Shown: piece by piece, positions 45,301-48,869 of the stretch
How positions within the stretch are numbered: the stretch's first letter is position 1
Layout of the letters: the number at the start of each line of letters is the position of its first letter
NCBI GenBank assembly: GCA_002269645.1
Contig: NIVC01002681.1
Coordinates: 1 to 48,869 of the forward strand
DNA: 48,869 nucleotides
DNA from: Macrostomum lignano
Lineage: Eukaryota
Reading direction: 5' to 3'
The notes under the pieces: model-generated
The model's input: the letters and a program-made list of their open reading frames with translations, nothing else
The model's database searches: none
What the model was told of the DNA's origin: nothing
Program-made: the position numbers and the translations under genes

Positions 45301-48300
45301 CCCGAATGTTGCAGCCAGTCATTGTGAACTGAGCATCCGCTTGAATGGTACCGTTTTTGAAGACGCATTCCGTCAAGGCGATGTTCTTGCCAGCGAGTTC
45401 GACAGAGTCGATTCTCGATACGAGATTCAACAGCACTGCTGGTGCGGCCATGGTTTCTTTGGCGTGAATGAAGAGACTTGTCTGCAGTCCAAAAGTGCTT
45501 GTAATGCAGCAACGCCTGCACACGGCTGTTACCTGACCAATTTCTGAGTCACTGATTGCCAGAATGCCGTTACTTTGTACTGTCAGATTGTGCAGACTGC
45601 AGTTTGACTTGATTCGTACATCACCCGAAATTCTTTTGAAGACGACACTGTTAACGATTTCTGTTGTCGATACTGAGGCGAAAAGTGCATCAGTAATGTT
45701 TATCTCTTCCGATTTTACTGCGAGCAGCCGGACTCCCACGATTCCATTTGTCGTACCCGTGACTTCTAGAGTGCGTGAAAAACATTGCGCAACTCGAGCT
45801 GCTATCGAGACAGTCAGTTTCATATCCGACTGAGATTGACAGTCGGAAATGCACAGTCTACCCGAGTTCAGCCAACTCAGACCTACCGAGTTGAGATCAT
45901 GAATGTTGAGATAAGAATTTCCTATATCCACATGGAGACTTCCGACTAGGAGTTGTTTCAGTGTTGTATGACCCTTGGCGATGACGACTGTGCTCTTATT
46001 TGTAATGAGCCTTTCGACATTCACAGACGAATCAGCCAGTAGTTTGAAATGGTCCAGCTGACAATCGCTCACAGTAACATGACCCAAACTGGCAACATCA
46101 CAGCCTTCATCAATCATCAGCCTCTCTAAGATTGTGTTTCCTCTTGACAAGATCTTCAGGGACTTGCCGCTTGAGTCGGACATTCTCAGCATTCGGCAGG
46201 AGATTTCAATGTCCTTCTGGACTTCACACATTCTTACTGTAGCTCCCACTGAACAGCCACGAAGTTTCATCGAGCCCAGTAAGCTGGCAAACGCGTGCGC
46301 AGTTTCTGACCAGGCTACGAGGTCGCCAAAGACGCTAGATTTGGACAGAAGAAAACCACTGTAAGCATCTACATGCATTTTCTCTGTCTCTGTCTCGAAA
46401 AATTTTAACTGCTTTCCCTGGAATGCCAGTCTAGTGAATTTGTTTTGTTTTGACGTCAAATCTGAGCAGAAAGCGACGAATTCGTCACTCATCGATTGCT
46501 CAATGGATAATTCTCCTTCTTTAGGGCATATGAACCAAAGTTTGGAGAGCATAGTTTCACTTACTTTTGCTTTGAAGCTGCATAACACCAAAGTTTCAGT
46601 GACATAAACATTTGCAATTTCGAAGTTATTGCTCGTGCAGGTTGCTGTTCCTAGACAGGTCTTTGTTGAGCTACCTGCAATCTTCGTCATGTTACTAGAG
46701 CGAACTTCTAAATCGGTGACGCTCGAGTCAGTTATTGTAATATTTTCAGCTTTGACAATTTTAAGTGCAGCAGCTAATAAGTCGTCAATTTGAAGGTCGG
46801 AGCACGAAACAGTCAGGTGCTGTGCTTCTACCTGCTGAATGCTGATTTTCTCTTCTGCGGTACAGTGCAAGTCTTTAAGGAAACAAAACTCACCGATGCT
46901 AAAGTGTCGCTTAGTTTTTGCCAAGAACTTTTCAAACACGTGCGATGTTCTTACCAGCAACTCATCAGTGACGTTGCAATTTAGGTTAGTAAACGAGCAC
47001 TTTAGAATCTGGCAGGAGTCGCTCAATATTGTGCAGTTTTCTAACTTCGATGATCTAGCTTAATGCTGACAAAGCTATCAGATGCTATTAGATAGGTTTT
47101 AGGCGCAAATACAAGCTTTGCATCGAGTTCATTGGAAATAATTGCCTCCAAAATCTCTGTGCTTGTACTATTCACGATACTCGCTGATTCAGACAGTAAA
47201 CAAAGTCTCTCAGATGCTAAATTGCCCACTCGAGCATTCTTAGCGGTGATCCAAACCTCCGTCTCACCAAGGATCTCGTCAATGCCGAGGCTTTCCTCCG
47301 CGGCCATCAGCAAATTCCGTGCTGACCAGATTCCGTACGCTTCAATTTGAGCACTTCTTAGAGTTACAGAGGCTTCTTCAGATGTCAAGCTTCGAGTCTT
47401 CAAGAGTTTCTCCGCAAAAATGTGCACATCCCCAGTGCACACAAGCCATGTTGTTGGCTGATCGGACCAAAGCTGGGCACAGACGGATTTGATGAGGGCT
47501 CCATCCTTCACCGCCATGGAGCCATCAGACCGCCAGCTTTCACAATCATACATGACTTTCTGGGCCTCAATTCGAGTAGGTCCGATCAGGCACAACCACC
47601 GACTTCGTTCGAACAGTCCGTTTGATTTCAGCGGCGTCCAATCGCACTTGTAAAGCTTCTTCCAGTAATCCGATAAGTCTTCTTCTGTTTCAGAAAACCC
47701 TTCCTTGATGGAAGCAGTAAAGCCTGCAAGCAGACTAGCAACTGAGGAATTTCTCTGCAGACCAGAAGTCTCTGTCACCGTCTGAAGTACCATTTTAGAT
47801 GCAGCCGAAACAACCTGGGCACACCGATTATGATTTTCTCTGAAAGCCTGTGCAGCGTCTAGCACCATGATTTTCAGTGCGTCACACATCTGATTGCTTG
47901 AATCTGGCTGCAGTACCTTTTCTAAATCTTTGATTGAAGCCTTCAGCTCGTCAGACCCCGATTCGATATCTGTGCAAATTTGTTCGGCAAAGCCAAAGTG
48001 CAATATGCTTCTGGTGGATATCGTTGGGCTACACAGCTTTGAAAATATCGTGATGAGGGCACAGCTTTTCATTTTTAGCGAATTTTTGGCCTGAACGTTT
48101 GCTGGTGTGAATTTGCTTGCATCATCGCCATCGTCGCGTTTACACAAGTGCATTAGCACTTTTCCGTTAAGTATGACATCTTCTGCACTCAGCTGACTTT
48201 GGTTGTAAATAAGCTTTGATGCTGAGATGGAGAGCTTCGAACGACATTTTAAGCTTCCAACGACAAGAGCATTTTCCGCTTCGCAAGCAATGGATCCCGT

Positions 48301-48869
48301 GTCTTGTATAGAAGCCAGATTATCAATAAATTTACTTATCAGGCGTAAGGTCTTGCAGAATGTGATTTTGCTTCCAGGTCAAGTGAAGCGGATTTATCTG
48401 CATGAATCTCTACAGCATTGATGTTTCGCATTTCGAAGGCTGATTTTGCTATGAGTTCCTGAGCACAGATTCTCACTTCAGCAGTGCTTACTTCATCGTA
48501 GCTGCCCACTAAGGAATCCTCAAGCACAACGCCATACGGACATTCTACAGTCGTGTCTTCAAAAATCAACCTATCAACTTTTCTTACTAGCAGTCGCGCT
48601 TGATTCAGCTCGAGTTTGCTGGACTCCCAGATTAACTTCTTGACAGACTGGACCACCATCAGCTCTGATACAAAAGTTCTCGCTGAGTTCATTGCTAGCA
48701 GCTCACCGTTATCAGAATTCACTAGAAGCGTTCCAACTTTAATCTCACAATTTGGGTGCATTTTCATCTCTCAGTTTTCAAATTCAATCAGCAGCAGGGT
48801 GGCTTTTGTTCTTCGAACTGAGTGATTTCACCACTTATTTTAACGGTTTTTGCGTTCAATATTAGTTTG
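42343..48869 (-). CDS. Giant intronless protein (>2100 aa, 5' end beyond the window), predicted beta-solenoid body plus distinct C-terminal domain; at least 3 apparent single-base frameshifts
   Basis: The ORFs 48339-48767, 47041-48159 (frame open from about 48376), 45134-47026 (open from about 47050) and 42343-45267 abut or overlap and join by single indels in short homopolymers. Continuous alternating hydrophobic/polar S,C,I,V,L,K,T-rich pattern. No splice signals are needed. Confidence 0.75.
43022..43195. repeat. 51-bp coding tandem repeat (17 aa, PQPISSLTEAAKSPTEA), about 3.3 copies
   Basis: Units start at 43037, 43088, 43139 and 43190. Confidence 0.92.

Noticed and set aside
42280-48825. 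Many short plus-strand ORFs over the giant gene, and antisense ORFs over the USP, VPS28 and PP2A exons
   Set aside because: They are shadow frames of long coding sequences on the opposite strand.

Overview
Eukaryotic invertebrate genomic DNA with GT-AG introns, AT-rich intergenic DNA and GC-rich exons. Its style is consistent with a flatworm such as Macrostomum, but that is an inference. Genes, left to right: the 3' end of a frameshifted Kelch-repeat gene (+); a multi-exon PP2A B'' regulatory subunit gene (PPP2R3A/B-like, -) with two apparent alternative first coding exons; VPS28 (-); about 17 kb of nested transposons and minisatellites; SELENOF/Sep15 (+) with an in-frame UGA (CGU motif) and a type II SECIS, whose second visible intron gap holds an intact, intronless, same-strand 1014-aa USP31/USP43-like deubiquitinase gene; and a >6.5 kb intronless ORF (-) for a >2100-aa beta-solenoid-like protein of no recognisable family that runs off the right edge. 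The transposon block contains a Penelope-like element interrupted by an RTE-type LINE, a head-to-tail Helitron dimer carrying minisatellites and a tRNA-like Pol III cassette, and several MITEs with 8-bp TSDs. Single-base frameshifts occur even in the conserved PP2A gene, which points to long-read indel errors, so broken frames here should not be read as pseudogenes without read support.
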